64,000 nt of DNA from the human T2T-CHM13v2.0 reference genome, Homo sapiens. Position 1 is the stretch's first letter; every line of letters begins with the position of its first letter. The translations under genes were made by a program, and so were the position numbers. The stretch lies in assembly GCF_009914755.1 (NCBI RefSeq), contig NC_060935.1. One strand, given 5' to 3'. Shown piece by piece: positions 63,576 through 64,000 of this stretch. A model generated the notes under the pieces. That model was not told the origin of the DNA and ran no database searches. It saw only the letters and a program-made list of their open reading frames with translations.

Positions 63576-64000
63576 CTTGTTGCCATGAACATCACACAAC
63601 AAAAATGCAATGGAATATGACATTGCTTGTTTATTCTTTATAAGGGAAATACTTTCTTTATGGTTTTTCACATCCTAAGTAGAGATAGGTTCACTCTCAA
63701 GAAATGCAAGCTTACCTATAAATAAGTCAATGGTTTCTGCCCAACATTTATGGTTATATAAACCTATTGGACTATTGGTTCTGATTTTAGTTAAGTAAAA
63801 TAAACATAGATGACATTTCCAAACTCTTTGTATGTGAGTTAATTTTATAATACAAAATATAAGTTTTCAAAGTCTGTGATTGTCTCATGAATATTTACAA
63901 TGGGTGTTTTCCTACTCAGCTTTTTGTTTTCTTCTAAGGTACAGGTAGTTTCATCTTTGCATCAATGATTTCATTTGAAATTTTTACCATTATGAATATT

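Overview
Primate (very probably human) genomic DNA: AT-rich, CpG-depleted, no CpG island and no credible protein-coding exon. It is intronic or intergenic, and roughly half or more is transposable-element relics: Alu/FLAM, many MIR and L2, old L1/HAL1, MaLR and ERV1/ERVL LTRs, and DNA transposons (near full-length Tigger1, Tigger3a, Tc2-type, MER20, MER33, MER102, MER91, piggyBac-derived MER85). The largest structure is a three-level nest at about 53.2-62.6 kb. A THE1B provirus sits inside a two-LTR MER65-type ERV1 provirus, which has a perfect tRNA-Leu primer-binding site and an env transmembrane relic, and that provirus sits inside a MER21 LTR. The less expected signals are small: several template-switch or templated-insertion scars, an orphan ~120-bp insertion with a 15-bp target-site duplication, and a well-formed minus-strand non-coding exon candidate at 22621-22781. 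I see no evidence for a new multi-gene system. Family names come from remembered consensus sequences rather than a search, and boundaries of old elements are approximate.
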